The translations under genes were made by a program, and so were the position numbers. Below are positions 41,184 through 50,349 of a stretch of DNA of 64,000 nucleotides, one piece after another. Origin of the DNA: Cyanobacteriota bacterium. Lineage in GTDB: Bacteria > Cyanobacteriota > Vampirovibrionia > JBFMGH01. Within the stretch, counting starts at the first letter, position 1. Every line of letters starts with the position of its first letter. The DNA lies in assembly GCA_040752795.1 (NCBI GenBank), contig JBFMGH010000608.1:22209-86208 (forward strand), read 5' to 3'. The notes below the pieces were generated by a model, which was not told where the DNA came from, searched no databases, and saw nothing but the letters and a program-made list of their open reading frames with translations.

Positions 41184-41935
41184 TCTTTTGACTGTTTTAC
41201 TATTAATGAGGCAATAGTGCCAGCTCCATAACCATTGTCTATGTTAACAGTTGCTACGCATGATGTACAACTGTTAAGCATGGCCAATAATGGTGTTAGA
41301 CCATTAAAATTAGCGCCATATCCTTTTGAAGTAGGAATGGCTATTACGGGGCATGAGCTTATACCTCCAACAAGGCTGGCAAGGGCTCCTTCCATTCCTG
41401 CTGCAACCACTATTACACTTGCTTTCTGGATAATGTCAATGTGGCTAAAAAGTCTATGTGCTCCGGCAATACCACAGTCAAAAATGTGTTTTACGCAAAC
41501 ACCATTTGCTTTAATGGTTATTATTGCTTCGGTAGCTACAGGAATATCTGCTGTGCCGGCGGTTATGACTAGTGCATAATTTGAGCTTTGTTGTGCTGGA
41601 TACTCACCCCATTGTATTATTTTAGCCTCTTTTACATATTTTGCTTCTGATATTTCTTTTAACACTGCAGCAGCAGTCTTTTTATTTGCCCTGGTCGAGA
41701 GTACGATTGAATGATATTTTTTTAGTTCTTTCATAATATCGATTATTTGTTCTGGTGTTTTTCCCGGGCAGTAGACAGCTTCAGAAAACCCCTGCCTGAG
41801 GTGTCTGTGAGTATCAACTTTAGCAAAATCTATGTTTTTAAATGGGGCTGTTTTTATATAATTAACAACTTCTTCCTGATCAATATTATTATTTTTGTAG
41901 TCATTTAATAGCTTAATTAGTTCGTTAGTGTTCAT
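41180..41935 (-). CDS. larB: LarB-like PurE-family carboxylase (pyridinium-3,5-biscarboxylic acid mononucleotide synthase)
   Basis: 251 aa. The about 110-aa N-terminal extension (HRHLRQGFSEAVYCPGKT) and the PurE/AIR-carboxylase fold (VITAGTADIPVATEA) match the LarB architecture. It overlaps larE by 11 nt. Confidence 0.7.
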   Translation of the reverse strand: MNTNELIKLLNDYKNNNIDQEEVVNYIKTAPFKNIDFAKVDTHRHLRQGFSEAVYCPGKTPEQIIDIMKELKKYHSIVLSTRANKKTAAAVLKEISEAKYVKEAKIIQWGEYPAQQSSNYALVITAGTADIPVATEAIITIKANGVCVKHIFDCGIAGAHRLFSHIDIIQKASVIVVAAGMEGALASLVGGISSCPVIAIPTSKGYGANFNGLTPLLAMLNSCTSCVATVNIDNGYGAGTIASLIVKQSKD

Positions 41936-42737
41936 TATTTTCTAATATAACCTCATTTAGACTTCCTGTTCTATAACCTTGCAGGTCTAATACAACATAT
42001 GTATAACCAATTTCTTTTAATTTTTCTATTACAAGGTCAGCATGGAATGATACAAAATTAATAATCTTGCTTTTATCAACTTCTATACGGGCAAGATTGT
42101 TATGATGCCTTATCCTTACTGGCGAATAACCCAGCTCTTTAAGAAACTTTTCAGCATCAGAAATCATTTTAAGATTTTCAGGTGTTATTTTAATACCATA
42201 TGGTATTCTTGAGGCCAGGCATGGATTGGCTGGTTTGTTGCAGTTAGGCATATTAAGTTCTCTGGCAAGGCTATAGATCTCATTTTTGGTTATACCAGAC
42301 TCTAGTAGCGGGCTTTTTATACCCAGTGAATGAGCGTGCTTTAGCCCTGGTCTGTAATCTTGAAGATCATCAATATTGTCACCTGACGCAACATATCTAT
42401 AACCTTTTTGTTCTGCAATTTTAATAATCTGCTTAAAGCGAATATCTTTACACCATTTGCACTTGTCTTTTGGGTTGTTGGTAAATTCAACATATTTCAA
42501 CTCATCAGATTCAACTATAAGATGAGGCCATTTAAAAGTTTCGGCAATTTTTTTTGCTTCTTCTAATTCTGCAGTGGTGATGGTTTCTGAATTTGCTGTT
42601 ACGGCAAGAAATTTGTCCTGTAATACTAAATGTGCAAAATAGCACAGAATAGTACTGTCAACACCACCCGAGAAGCCAACAATAACTGATTCATATGATT
42701 TTAAGATCTCTTTTAACTTTTTAATTTTTTCTTCCAT
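41925..42737 (-). CDS. larE: LarE-like PP-loop ATP pyrophosphatase (sulfur-insertion protein)
   Basis: 270 aa. It has the PP-loop GFSGGVDST, the conserved Cys region NKPANPCLASRIPYG and a length typical of LarE (TIGR00268). Confidence 0.7.
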   Translation of the reverse strand: MEEKIKKLKEILKSYESVIVGFSGGVDSTILCYFAHLVLQDKFLAVTANSETITTAELEEAKKIAETFKWPHLIVESDELKYVEFTNNPKDKCKWCKDIRFKQIIKIAEQKGYRYVASGDNIDDLQDYRPGLKHAHSLGIKSPLLESGITKNEIYSLARELNMPNCNKPANPCLASRIPYGIKITPENLKMISDAEKFLKELGYSPVRIRHHNNLARIEVDKSKIINFVSFHADLVIEKLKEIGYTYVVLDLQGYRTGSLNEVILENNEH

Positions 42738-44634
42738 TTTTTTTATTCCAGATATACCTTTTTGCCTGTAAAAGTTTTGTAATTCTATTCATTTCGAGTA
42801 CAAGATAAACAAAGGGGTTTATAATATTATGGACTCTTTTAGCTGTTAGAAATTCTCCGTTTTCAGAACTGGTAGTCATATTAGCAAGTATATTAACAGC
42901 TGGGGGTCTGGCAGCATCTACAATACCGAAAATATACAGATCTGTTTTTTCGCCGTGAGCGTTATTGATTTTACCTTCAGCAATTTTCTGAGCTAACATA
43001 TTAAGAGCAGGTGACTCTGTAGTGGTTCTGCAGCTTGCATCATAAACTTCGTGGAATGGTTGATAATTGTTATTTACCTGTTTTATGGGTTCTGGTATGA
43101 ATTTTATTAGCCATGTTTTTGTTTCCAGTATTTCTTTTAGCCTTATAGCTAGTGGGTCATTAGGAGGGAGCTTGTATCCTGGTTTTTCTTTCATTCTTCT
43201 TTCTATTTCTTTTATTATTTCTTTTTCTTCTTCCTGAAGGCCTAATAGAATCTGTTTAATACACCCCCTTGTGGTTTGAACATCAACAACTTTTGGTATT
43301 TCAACGCAATGATTCCAGTCTGTAACAAGTATAATAATTCTATGGTTAAGGCTTTTATCCTTAATTAGCTCTCTATGTGCTATTCTTAGAGCTGTTTCAA
43401 TATCAGTGGTGTAGTCTTGGTTCTCTGTTAACTTAAAAGAATAGTTGATTGGGCCTCCGTCTCTATTTATTGCTTTTACATATTTTTTAAATTCTGTAAA
43501 AGCGTTGTTTTTATCAGGCCCTGTTGGTGGAAGTAAGTAAGATAGATCTGTAGAACCTGCAAAAGGTAGAAAACCTATCTTGAATATTTGAGAAGGGCCA
43601 GCCTCTTCTTTTTCCAGTAGGTTGGCAAAGGTATACAAACCACTTCTTACCATTTCAATTCTGGAAATAGCACTGTCTCCCCAGTTTATACTTTCTGTGC
43701 TTGCTAGAGCTGATAAAGCATTATTAAACTCTGTGAACCTTAAGTCTGCTATTTGTTTTGCTGCAGCCTGCCCCAGTGGGTGGCCAAAAAGTTTATCTAT
43801 TGGCATGTCAAATAGCATAGATGGTCTATATCTCTCGTCAAAATCTGTTTTTGGATTATCATATATGCTGCCAACTGCAAAATCATCTTCATTTTTGTAT
43901 TTCTGGTGTGGTGTTCCAAAAGTTCCGTCATAAGATACATCAACATTACAATTATTGTAAATATAATTTATAACCTTTTCGGGTGGTGTATTTTTTGCAA
44001 ATACGGGATATTTTTCTTTTGGGACTGTTTTTGTAGCCTCTTCGTTTGGATCAACAACAGCCAGTGGGTTATGGCCCCATCCATAGTTTGACATAGACAT
44101 TGAAGGTGTCATGTCTACAACAAACATTATTCCTATAGCTGGCTCTTCAAATTTTTTCTCAGGCTTTTGAATTAAAATTTTGCTACCTAACACAAGGCTT
44201 GGCTTTGGTACATCAATTTTAGGCATTTTATAGAAGACTTCCAGTGTTGCATCTATTAAATAATTTCCGTCTGGAAGAAGCCGCTCATTTTTTTTGGAGG
44301 AATATGAAACGTTGCGGAGTATCCATCTGTAGTGAATATTTGTTTTTTGATCTTTATAAATTTGAGTTTTTATTTCATAATCATTTTTTTGATTGAATAC
44401 ATTATATTCTTCTAAAACCCCGATAAATTCAGGGCTACTTCCAACAGCTTTTTCCATAAGGCTACTTGCTACAGCTCTTTCGTGGCTTAATAGTTTGCCT
44501 TCGGCACCGGACTGACCACTAGTACTGCCTCTGCTTATTACTATAATTGGTATAATAGCAAGTGAGATAATAAGTAAACTTATTGCCAGTTCAACCATGC
44601 TAAATCCAATATAACCGTTTCTCTTTATTGACAT
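42721..44634 (-). CDS. Modular type IV prepilin-like protein with von Willebrand A module
   Basis: 637 aa. The class III signal MSIKRNGYIG/FSMVELAISLLIISLAIIPIIV has the expected G-1, F+1 and E+5. The vWA MIDAS-like motifs are VVDMTPSMS and IIILVTDWN. Confidence 0.65.
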   Translation of the reverse strand: MSIKRNGYIGFSMVELAISLLIISLAIIPIIVISRGSTSGQSGAEGKLLSHERAVASSLMEKAVGSSPEFIGVLEEYNVFNQKNDYEIKTQIYKDQKTNIHYRWILRNVSYSSKKNERLLPDGNYLIDATLEVFYKMPKIDVPKPSLVLGSKILIQKPEKKFEEPAIGIMFVVDMTPSMSMSNYGWGHNPLAVVDPNEEATKTVPKEKYPVFAKNTPPEKVINYIYNNCNVDVSYDGTFGTPHQKYKNEDDFAVGSIYDNPKTDFDERYRPSMLFDMPIDKLFGHPLGQAAAKQIADLRFTEFNNALSALASTESINWGDSAISRIEMVRSGLYTFANLLEKEEAGPSQIFKIGFLPFAGSTDLSYLLPPTGPDKNNAFTEFKKYVKAINRDGGPINYSFKLTENQDYTTDIETALRIAHRELIKDKSLNHRIIILVTDWNHCVEIPKVVDVQTTRGCIKQILLGLQEEEKEIIKEIERRMKEKPGYKLPPNDPLAIRLKEILETKTWLIKFIPEPIKQVNNNYQPFHEVYDASCRTTTESPALNMLAQKIAEGKINNAHGEKTDLYIFGIVDAARPPAVNILANMTTSSENGEFLTAKRVHNIINPFVYLVLEMNRITKLLQAKRYIWNKKNGRKN

Positions 44635-44755
44635 TAGGTTTCCTTTGATAGTTTTGAAGTTTGATGTAAATTTTTATGGTAATTTAAATTTTACTACTAA
44701 AAGATTTAAAGTCTCTACCGACAACATGTTAAATGGTTAATTAAAGGAAAATTTT

Positions 44756-46024
44756 ATGATAAAAAGAACACAAAAAGGTGCTGGGGCGATAATCCTTACC
44801 GCATTTATTTTATCAGCGATTCTGGTAGGTGTAGCTGTTGTATTACAAATGAATAAATCAAAAGAAATAGAGCGTGTTGTTGCTACAGAATATAATTTAA
44901 AAACATATTATGTAGCACTAGCTGGTATAAATGAGTGTATAGCTTCAAGAATGGCACCAAGGTCAAATGTATTACTTAAAAGAAACGATGTTAATGATGT
45001 AAATAAAGATAAGTACGAAAGACTGGTTAACTCAGGTTATGTTTATGCGAATCCTTATGAACAAAACCAGTTTAAAACTATTGGTGAGTATACATATGTA
45101 TCATATGTTGTGGTCAAAGATGAAAACGGTCAATATAACATTGACGAATTCAATAATAATTGGAAAGATGAAAAATATCTTGTTTACAGTAAAGGGGTAA
45201 CGCAATTACCCGATGGTAGCAAGGATTCTGTTATTATTAAAACTATTTTTGACTTGAATCGCTTTGATAATGATACTTCTAATGCTGATGAAATAGAAGA
45301 ATTTAAGATAATTCCTCCATCTGATCCAGAAACAAAAATGGCAGAAGGTTTAATAGAAGAAACTAAAAAAGATAATGATCCACCAATGGTCAGAGAAATC
45401 AAATTTAATGACCTGATGGGCAGTGAAATTTCTCTTGGTTTGCACGATAAAAAAGATAAGGTTGAGATTGAGAATGTTGGGGTTAGAAGCAAGGTTGAAA
45501 TTATTTTTACTGAGCCAATAGATGCCAGGTTTCTTGAAGGTATTAATATTACCAATATTAAATCAGATAAACCTGTTGACACTGTTGAAAAAGTAGTATT
45601 ATCTCCAAAAAATACCGAGGTTGTTTTATTACCGCCAGAAAAATCTGATGGTAGAATTCTTGACTATGATACAACTTACAGGTTGGATATCTCTAAAGTG
45701 TCAGATTATAATGGCAACAGATTACCAGAAGGGCCTGAAATTATCTTTAAAACAGAATCTCCGTCTTATGAAGGGGTTGTTGTAAAAGAAGCTTTTGATG
45801 ATGGTTGTGGTGGTTGTACAGGCAAAGGAGTGGATGGAAGGCAGAAGGGCTCTGCGGGCACTGACTCTAATCCGTTTGGGAACCCTTTTCTGGGGTCTGG
45901 AGGGTTTGATTCAACAGGCTTTGGTGCATCTAATCAGTCTGGTTTTCAGAATACGGGGTCAGGTAATGCAGCCGGTCTTAATGCTCCTGTTGGTGTAACT
46001 CCTAAAAATATTGCCTCTCCATAG
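44756..46024 (+). CDS. Membrane-anchored surface protein with Ig-like (SbsA-type) domains and Gly-rich C-terminus
   Basis: 422 aa. It has an N-terminal signal anchor (GAGAIILTAFILSAILVGVAVVLQ) and an Ig-like segment (VEIIFTEPIDARFLEGINITN ... VVLSPKNTEVVLLP). The C-terminus is G/S/N-rich. It is divergent from the pilin gene, 121 bp away. Confidence 0.45.
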   Translation: MIKRTQKGAGAIILTAFILSAILVGVAVVLQMNKSKEIERVVATEYNLKTYYVALAGINECIASRMAPRSNVLLKRNDVNDVNKDKYERLVNSGYVYANPYEQNQFKTIGEYTYVSYVVVKDENGQYNIDEFNNNWKDEKYLVYSKGVTQLPDGSKDSVIIKTIFDLNRFDNDTSNADEIEEFKIIPPSDPETKMAEGLIEETKKDNDPPMVREIKFNDLMGSEISLGLHDKKDKVEIENVGVRSKVEIIFTEPIDARFLEGINITNIKSDKPVDTVEKVVLSPKNTEVVLLPPEKSDGRILDYDTTYRLDISKVSDYNGNRLPEGPEIIFKTESPSYEGVVVKEAFDDGCGGCTGKGVDGRQKGSAGTDSNPFGNPFLGSGGFDSTGFGASNQSGFQNTGSGNAAGLNAPVGVTPKNIASP

Positions 46025-46227
46025 CCAGAAAGAGTGTATTAAACGAATTCTAAAACCCTGTAATAGAATTTTTCATTTGTTCTTGCTTTGTTCTAAAACT
46101 TGAAAGCAATTGTTAACTTTATATAACTTTTTGCCAATTTCTGTAATAAGCTTCATACTTAAATTAGAGTGGTATTATTAAAGCTTTACTAAAGTTATTA
46201 GAACTAATAAAGCTCTTTGATTATAGA

Positions 46228-47187
46228 GTGCCTGAAATAGTGAACAGTACTTTTAATAAATATTTTCACCAGCCTGTAATGGTAAATAAAGTTATAGAAG
46301 CTTTAGATTGTGAGCCAGGAAAAGTTTATGTTGATTGCACAGTGGGTGGTGCAGGGCATTCTGTTTTAATTGCTCAAAAAATAAAACCAGATGGAAAACT
46401 TATTTGTCTTGATGTTGATCAAAATGCTATTGATGAGGCAACAAATAACTTAAAATCTTTTAATAATGTATATATATTAAGGTTGAATCATCTTAATTTA
46501 CCACAGGTTTTGAACCAGGTTGGTGTTGATAAAATAGACGGTGGAGTACTAATGGATCTGGGCGCTTCATATTATCAGTTAACCTCCCCGGATAAAGGAT
46601 TTACTTTTCAATGTTCTTCCCGGCTTGATATGAGAATGGATGAAACATTAATTACTTCTGCCGAGGATCTTGTTAACAATCTTAGTGCTGAAGAATTAGC
46701 TGAAATATTCTGGAAATATGGAGAAGAAAGGCATTCTAGAAAAATTGCATCCGCTATTAGTAATTATTCTAAAAAAGAGAAAATAACAGATACCCTTCAG
46801 CTTGCTGAAATAATTAAAACTGCTATACCCGGATACAAAAAATACAAAATACATCCTGCAACCAGAACATTTCAGGCGCTGAGAATTTTTATTAATAAAG
46901 AGTTAGAGGTATTGGAAGGTTCTCTATCTAACTTAATTAGTCTTACATCTCCCGGGGCAAAAATTGTTGTAATAACTTTTCATTCTTTAGAAGACAGGAT
47001 TGTTAAAAATTTTTTTAAACATTGGTCAAAAGACTGTGTATGCCCATCAGAAATGATTGAATGTAGATGTAATCATAAAAAGAAGCTAAAAATAATAACA
47101 AAAAAACCAATTGTTCCAGATAATAATGAGTTAGAATGTAATCCTGCAGCACGTAGTTCAAAATTAAGAATTGCAGAAAGGGTTTAA
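46228..47187 (+). CDS. rsmH: 16S rRNA (cytosine1402-N4)-methyltransferase RsmH
   Basis: 319 aa. It has HQPVMVNKVIEAL, the SAM-binding DCTVGGAGHS and PATRTFQALRIFIN motifs. Confidence 0.9.
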   Translation: MPEIVNSTFNKYFHQPVMVNKVIEALDCEPGKVYVDCTVGGAGHSVLIAQKIKPDGKLICLDVDQNAIDEATNNLKSFNNVYILRLNHLNLPQVLNQVGVDKIDGGVLMDLGASYYQLTSPDKGFTFQCSSRLDMRMDETLITSAEDLVNNLSAEELAEIFWKYGEERHSRKIASAISNYSKKEKITDTLQLAEIIKTAIPGYKKYKIHPATRTFQALRIFINKELEVLEGSLSNLISLTSPGAKIVVITFHSLEDRIVKNFFKHWSKDCVCPSEMIECRCNHKKKLKIITKKPIVPDNNELECNPAARSSKLRIAERV

Positions 47188-47188
47188 A

Positions 47189-47599
47189 ATGTTATCTTCA
47201 AAAATATTTAGAAGTGAAAGAAACATTATTGAAAATAATTACGACACAGATTTTGAAGAAGAATCAAGATTTAGTGGGGCTTTTAAAAAAATAGTATGTA
47301 TACTTGTTCTTTTTGCAGCAATATCTTCCTTTGTCAGTTATACATTAGTACTCTCAAAAGAAAAAGAATTGCAGTTTTTACATTCTAAAACTGTTTCAAA
47401 GGAGATGGATAACATATATATGAGAAATAATGTTGAGTTTACTAAAAGCCTTTATAATGTTAACAAAAAGGCAAAGTCGATTAATTACCTGCAAAAGCCA
47501 TTAAAGATTATTGAAATTGATTTAGATGAAAAAAAATTAAGTATAGATCTTGATAAAACATTGCAATATTCAAATGATAGAATAGTTGCAGGTTATTAA
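47189..47599 (+). CDS. FtsL-like small bitopic cell-division protein
   Basis: The ATG at 47189 is 1 nt after the rsmH stop (the track shows an upstream TTG at 47171). The protein is 136 aa with a single TM (IVCILVLFAAISSFVSYTLVL) followed by a coiled-coil-like region. It sits at the ftsL position of the dcw cluster. Confidence 0.45.
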   Translation: MLSSKIFRSERNIIENNYDTDFEEESRFSGAFKKIVCILVLFAAISSFVSYTLVLSKEKELQFLHSKTVSKEMDNIYMRNNVEFTKSLYNVNKKAKSINYLQKPLKIIEIDLDEKKLSIDLDKTLQYSNDRIVAGY

Positions 47600-47667
47600 T
47601 ATACCTGTTATATTTGCTTATTATGTATTATTTGTTATTAAAACTAATGGTATAAATTTTTATTAAT

Positions 47668-49203
47668 ATGGAGAAAATTAAATTGGCCAAGCATTTGACA
47701 GATTTATTAGAGTTAAAAAATATAAAATATGATTTAATTAAAGCGGAAAATGATAATAACCCTTTAATAAACGCTATTTCGTATAATTCTAAGACTACAG
47801 AACCAGGTAATATATTTGTTTGTCTGGTAGGTGAAAATTTTGATGCACATAAATTTGTTGATGATGCAATATTAAAAGGTGCAGTGGCAGTTATAGCACA
47901 GAAAAATATTAAGGGGTTAAGTGTTCCTGTAGTAGTAGTAGAAAATACTGCTAAGGTAATGGCTGTAGTAGCTACAGAAATATATGATAATCCAAGCAAG
48001 AGAATAAGACTTATTGGTATAACAGGGACTAATGGTAAAACTACAGTCACACATCTTGTAGAAAAGATTCTTGAGAAAAATAAAAAGAAATGCGGTCTTA
48101 TCGGTACACTTGGCCATAGGTTTAAGAGTACTGATAAATATTTAAATAGTAAGCATACTACACCTCAAGCCCCTGAGTTGCAGTCTTATCTAGCAGAAAT
48201 GGTTGATCAGAAATTTGATTATACGGTTATGGAAGTTAGTTCGCATGCACTGGATTTACATAGAGTCCAGGATTGTCATTTTGCAGTGGCCCTCATAACA
48301 AATTTAACTCAGGATCATCTTGATTTTCATGTTACTATGGAGAACTATGCCAGTGCTAAATTAAAGTTATTCAGTCAATTGGCAGAGTCTGAGTTAGAGA
48401 ATAAAACTGCTATTATTAATATTGATGATAATTATGCCGGAAAATTTCTTGAAATAATACCTGATAACATAACTAAATTGACTTATGGTTTAGCTTCTGA
48501 TGCTGATATTCAAGCTGTTGATATTGAATATTCTGTCAATGGGACAGTTTTTACCTGTGTTGCACCTGAAAAAACATTTAAAGTAAACTTAAAATTAAAA
48601 GGACTATTTAGTGTTTATAATGCTTTATCTGCAATAAGTGTTTCTATAGCTGAAAAAGTTCCACCTGAGATAATATGTGAAGCGCTTGAAGAAATTGAGA
48701 ATATACCTGGCAGGTTTGAAACTGTATCAAGCAATCCTTTAATAATAGTAGACTACGCACATACACCAGATGGGTTATCTAATGTGCTAACAGCAGCAAG
48801 AAAACTAGTACCAGATGGTGGAGAATTAATAACATTATTTGGTTGTGGTGGGGATAGAGATCCTACAAAACGTCCTAAAATGGCTAAAATAGTCGAGGAT
48901 CTTTCAGATAAAATTATTGTTACCTCTGATAATCCAAGAACGGAAGACCCTCAACAAATTATAACAGACATATTAACAGGCATTAAAAGTCTGGGTTCAA
49001 GTCATGTTAAGGTTGAAATAGATAGAGCACTGGCGATTGAAATGGCTATTAAATCTGCAAAACCTGATGATGTAATTGTAGTTGCTGGCAAAGGTCATGA
49101 AGATTACCAGATATTAGCTGATAGAACAATTCATTTTGATGACAGGGAAGAAGTTAAAAAGGTAATTGAAAAATTGAATCTTGCTAAATCAATAAGCACT
49201 TAG
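47668..49203 (+). CDS. murE: UDP-N-acetylmuramoyl-L-alanyl-D-glutamate--2,6-diaminopimelate ligase
   Basis: 511 aa. It has the Mur ligase P-loop GITGTNGKTT and the DAP-specifying region DNPR (SDNPRTEDP). Confidence 0.9.
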   Translation: MEKIKLAKHLTDLLELKNIKYDLIKAENDNNPLINAISYNSKTTEPGNIFVCLVGENFDAHKFVDDAILKGAVAVIAQKNIKGLSVPVVVVENTAKVMAVVATEIYDNPSKRIRLIGITGTNGKTTVTHLVEKILEKNKKKCGLIGTLGHRFKSTDKYLNSKHTTPQAPELQSYLAEMVDQKFDYTVMEVSSHALDLHRVQDCHFAVALITNLTQDHLDFHVTMENYASAKLKLFSQLAESELENKTAIINIDDNYAGKFLEIIPDNITKLTYGLASDADIQAVDIEYSVNGTVFTCVAPEKTFKVNLKLKGLFSVYNALSAISVSIAEKVPPEIICEALEEIENIPGRFETVSSNPLIIVDYAHTPDGLSNVLTAARKLVPDGGELITLFGCGGDRDPTKRPKMAKIVEDLSDKIIVTSDNPRTEDPQQIITDILTGIKSLGSSHVKVEIDRALAIEMAIKSAKPDDVIVVAGKGHEDYQILADRTIHFDDREEVKKVIEKLNLAKSIST

Positions 49204-50345
49204 TTTTGATAGACCTTAACATTGTTTCTGCCATCATTTTTAGCTTCATATAATGCTATATCTGCCCTTTCAATTAATTCTTCAGGCGAATTAATGTTAT
49301 CTTTTGATTTTAATGTTGCTACGCCAGCAGATATTGTAATGGATTTAATGTTTTCATTGCTTCCTGCCCTGACTCTTGATTCAATTTTCCTTCTAATTGA
49401 TTCAGCAAGGTTTTTAGCCTGTTCTGAACTTAGTTTAGTTCCGATAATAACTATTTCTTCACCACCATATCTAGCAGCAACAATGTTCTTAGTGCATGCG
49501 TCAAGAATAATATTTGAAACCTGCTGTAATACCTGATCACCTATTTGATGCCCCAGTGTGTCATTGATATTTTTAAAGTGATCAATGTCAAGCATTATCA
49601 CAGATAAATAGTGGTTTCTAAGTTTTGCAAAGCTAAACTCGTTTTTAAGCCTTTCATTCATATATTTACGTGTTCTCAGTTTTGTTAAAGTGTCAGTAAT
49701 TATTTCTTTTTCCAGCTGGATATTTTTGTTCACCAGTTCAGCTTTTTCTCTATCTAAACGTTTAATTATTAAATTATAAGCTTCTTTTAAAGCATTATCT
49801 TTACGCTTAGAGGCTTTTTCATTTACAATTTCTTTTTTAAGATTTTCAATATTTCTTTTTACCCTATCTTTAGAGGTAATATCACTTTTGTCATGGCTTG
49901 TTTTACTGCTTGAACCAGATGAATTATCTGCTGTAAGCCTGTGGGCTTTTTGATGTTTATAAGATTTAGCATTTTTACCAATGCTTATAAATGCGTTTTC
50001 GTAATCAATTAATTTTGTTACGTAATATTCAAGAATACAACCAATTAGCACGCATAGTGCAAGAGTTGTCAGACTTGAGAATTCCAATAATCCACCTGTC
50101 TGTCTGATGAAAAATTCAGGGAAATATGCTTGAATTGATTCTGGTAAAAAGGGATTTATTGAGTTAAAAACGAAAGAAACAGGAAAGTTAATTATGTCAG
50201 TTAAGAAATACACAGGTTTTGAAATGTAAGCATAGTCAGGAACTCCAGTATGAATTCCATTGAACTTTAAAAATAACCTTGTTATAAACAGGGCAGATAG
50301 TGCAATATAGCTTAATTTAATTATTATTTTTAAAGTTTTAAACAT
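49200..50345 (-). CDS. Membrane-anchored diguanylate cyclase (GGDEF, active-site GGEEI)
   Basis: 381 aa. Two N-terminal TMs and a coiled coil precede a GGDEF domain with RYGGEEIVIIG. It is last in a four-gene minus-strand operon. Confidence 0.8.
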   Translation of the reverse strand: MFKTLKIIIKLSYIALSALFITRLFLKFNGIHTGVPDYAYISKPVYFLTDIINFPVSFVFNSINPFLPESIQAYFPEFFIRQTGGLLEFSSLTTLALCVLIGCILEYYVTKLIDYENAFISIGKNAKSYKHQKAHRLTADNSSGSSSKTSHDKSDITSKDRVKRNIENLKKEIVNEKASKRKDNALKEAYNLIIKRLDREKAELVNKNIQLEKEIITDTLTKLRTRKYMNERLKNEFSFAKLRNHYLSVIMLDIDHFKNINDTLGHQIGDQVLQQVSNIILDACTKNIVAARYGGEEIVIIGTKLSSEQAKNLAESIRRKIESRVRAGSNENIKSITISAGVATLKSKDNINSPEELIERADIALYEAKNDGRNNVKVYQN

Positions 50346-50349
50346 GTAA

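Noticed and set aside
42721-46024. Possibility that the 44756-46024 protein is also a prepilin
   Set aside because: Its N-terminus (QKGAGAIILTAFIL) lacks the G/F-x-x-x-E motif, so I treat it as a signal-anchored surface protein instead.
47628-48050. 140-aa minus-strand ORF
   Set aside because: It is entirely antisense to the murE 5' region and the preceding spacer, and lies within a well-supported gene on the opposite strand.
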